Source of the DNA: Octopus sinensis
Taxonomy: Eukaryota
Length of the DNA stretch: 23,570 nucleotides
Direction: 5' to 3'
NCBI RefSeq assembly: GCF_006345805.1
Contig: NW_021836648.1
Span: 1-23,570, forward strand
Part shown: positions 21,368 to 23,570 of the stretch, in pieces
How the letters are laid out: each line of letters begins with the position of its first letter
Position numbering within the stretch: the first letter of the stretch is position 1
Made by a program: the position numbers and the translations under genes
Notes under the pieces: model-generated
The model's input: only the letters and a program-made list of their open reading frames with translations
The model's database searches: none
Told to the model about the DNA's origin: nothing

Positions 21368-21555
21368 TCGTGTGAATAAATATATGTTCACATACACACG
21401 CACATGCATACATATTCATATATACATATATATATATATACATGCACATATATATATATACATATATACATATACAGATATATGTGTATATGTGGATAAG
21501 TAGAAGCAAACATATACACCGTTCATATATATGTATATATATATATATATATATG

Positions 21556-21588
<33 letters not shown>

Positions 21589-21690
21589 ATATATGCATTT
21601 ATATATGACTGTATGTATCTGTAGTGTATCTAAATGTGTGCTTGTATATACATACATACATATATGTATATATGTATGTATATATGCATA
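21272..21690. repeat. Compound (TA)n/(CA)n low-complexity region
   Basis: Direct reading. Confidence 0.88.
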
Positions 21691-22263
21691 TTGTTTAGTT
21701 AAGGAAGAATCAACTGTCTTTTCATTCATTTCGAAAAGGATATAGAGAGGGAAAGAAATTATACTCCACAGCAGTTGGTCAGAGACTGAGAATGCTTTTG
21801 AAAGCAAAATCAGAGGAGAACTAAAAAAAAGTTGCTGATAAGAAAAAAAAATTTATGATGGAGAAGATAATTTTTAATGATTTATTATGAAATTCATTGA
21901 AATATCAAACCAGCGCCATACAATCTCAAAATAGTTTTTATGTTTAAACGTCCGGTTGAAACAAATATACTTGAGTGTTTGAAAGAGTTTCTGGTCTCTT
22001 CGACACTTGGTGCTATGGTTATGCATGATCTTGTTGATGCCATCGTTGTCGTCGTTGTTGTTACAGCTCTTCTTGTTGTTGTTGCTTAGAATATTCAAAC
22101 TGTATCTTGGGCCGCATTATCCAATGTGGTTGTCGACTAGTGGGGCCATCAGATAGAATGTGTTGCGATAGAACACCAAGTTCAAGTCGCACCATTGTCC
22201 TGTTTGCCTTTCATTCTTTCTGGGTTGAAGACATGCCAGCCAATAATTTTACACTGCCCCTAC

Positions 22264-22342
22264 CTCTCTCTGTCTGACTGTCTCACACTGTCTCTCTCTA
22301 TCTCTCTCTCTCCCTCTCTCTCCCTATATATATATATATTAT

Positions 22343-22384
<42 letters not shown>

Positions 22385-22395
22385 ATATATATATA
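22264..22395. repeat. (CT)n then (TA)n microsatellite
   Basis: Direct reading. Confidence 0.9.
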
Positions 22396-22409
22396 ATTTC
22401 AACAATTGA

Positions 22410-22586
22410 GGGCAAAATTAATTAATTATTAATCAATTTCCAAAGTGTTCAGTATGCAAAGGGACCATTCAAGGCGAATTCAAATTATTACATTATATAA
22501 AAGGGCTTAGTAAAATAAATTACTTTGCCGCATACTGAACTCATTAGAAATAGCAGCTAAAAAACTTTTTTAAGGCTATTTCTAAT
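22410..22586. repeat. Second copy of the structured repeat, ending in a 12-bp hairpin
   Basis: Shares AAATTAATTAATTAT...GACCATT...AGGG...CTTT(A/G)CC(A/G)CATAC(C/T)GAA...TTAGAAATAGCAG with 10340-10500. Hairpin ATTAGAAATAGC (22543-54) / GCTATTTCTAAT (22575-86). Confidence 0.65.
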
Positions 22587-22889
22587 ACTTAAAGAAAATC
22601 TTCTCATATATAGTGCTTGCTTAATTCAACTCACAAAAGTTTGGGGGTAAGGACATCGAAAATAATGCTAAGGTTATTCGAGAACGTACGTTTCAAGATT
22701 AGTCAAAACAACATTTCTATCATCGGCTCAGAAATTCCTTGGTTTGGATTTGGAAACACTGAAAATAAGAACATACCCTTTCGAAGATCTGCTCCCAACT
22801 AACAGTGCCAACAAATTATATATATATATATAGGGTCGCTGTTATCGATTTTCTCAGCAACGAGTATGCCATGAGGATCCCAGACATGA

Positions 22890-23015
22890 GTTCTACTCAC
22901 GTGTCAAGTTTCATCAAAATCGATAAAATGATGTAGGAGGAGTTAGCTAGGAATTCCACAAACTCATCCACAGACAGAATTTCCTACACATGTAATATAT
23001 ATAAATATATATATA
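22890..23015 (+). mobile_element. Possible non-autonomous Helitron-type (Lep1/DINE-like) remnant
   Basis: CAAGTTTCATCAAAATCG...GTAGGAGGAGTT...CACAGACAGA...TAATATATA resembles the conserved 3' block of such elements. Recognition is from memory only and no termini were confirmed. Confidence 0.4.
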
Positions 23016-23570
23016 TCAAGTTTTACATCCTGAACGTTCTTCATTCAAGGATGGGGTCACTGGAAGAGCACCCGAGTCAGTTAACAGCTATAAGCATTTC
23101 TCAAACCATTCGCAAAAGAATGGTGCATACAGTTCAAAGATCATCTGGTGTTTTTTTCCACTGGAATTCGTTATCCAGCATATCAATTTTTTAAGATAGT
23201 AGGGCATGATTCAAGGGAGATTTGTGTGTTATTTTAAACAATTTCGGCGACGTATACTCTCTCTCATGTGTTTGTCGTCTTCATACATTCACCAGAGTTA
23301 TACGCTCAATTCTAGATAAGCTACGAAGGACTATGATTCGTATTCTATAGGCAAATAATATAGGGTATTTGAGAGCCGTCCAAGATAACTATATCTTGAA
23401 GAACCAATATCGCCTAAAGGTGCTTCTAAATGACTATATTGTCTTCTAGAAATAACACTCAAATATTCATCAAATCGTATACTACCGCCTTATACGCCAA
23501 CTTGTGTAATCCTAGATACACTATGTCCGAAACAGCAGCATCAAAAAAGACAAAATGGCTATGAGAGTCG

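Overview
Repeat-dominated, AT-rich eukaryotic non-coding DNA with no recognisable intact host gene. The mix of very dense di-/tri-nucleotide microsatellites and several tRNA-derived SINE families suggests a coleoid cephalopod, probably Octopus (inference, not checked against a database). Nearly all listed ORFs are microsatellite artefacts. Supported content: (1) a full-length but frameshifted DD34D mariner (irritans-like) at 10814-12103 inserted in (TA)n; (2) an internally deleted Tc1/mariner (maT/DD37D-like) element at 3017-3774 with a nested SINE; (3) a decayed R4/Dong-clade non-LTR retrotransposon at ~18680-20450 abutting an (AAT)n tract; (4) at least three tRNA-derived SINE families, several with target-site duplications (TSDs). 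The most interesting signals are a 332-nt-period direct repeat containing a decayed type I hammerhead ribozyme (retrozyme or Penelope-like, 17310-17785), a second minimal hammerhead-like motif at ~7500, a two-copy structured element with a compensatory stem change and fold-back ends (10340-10589, 22410-22586), and four young SINE copies whose TSDs all begin GGT(A/T)T.
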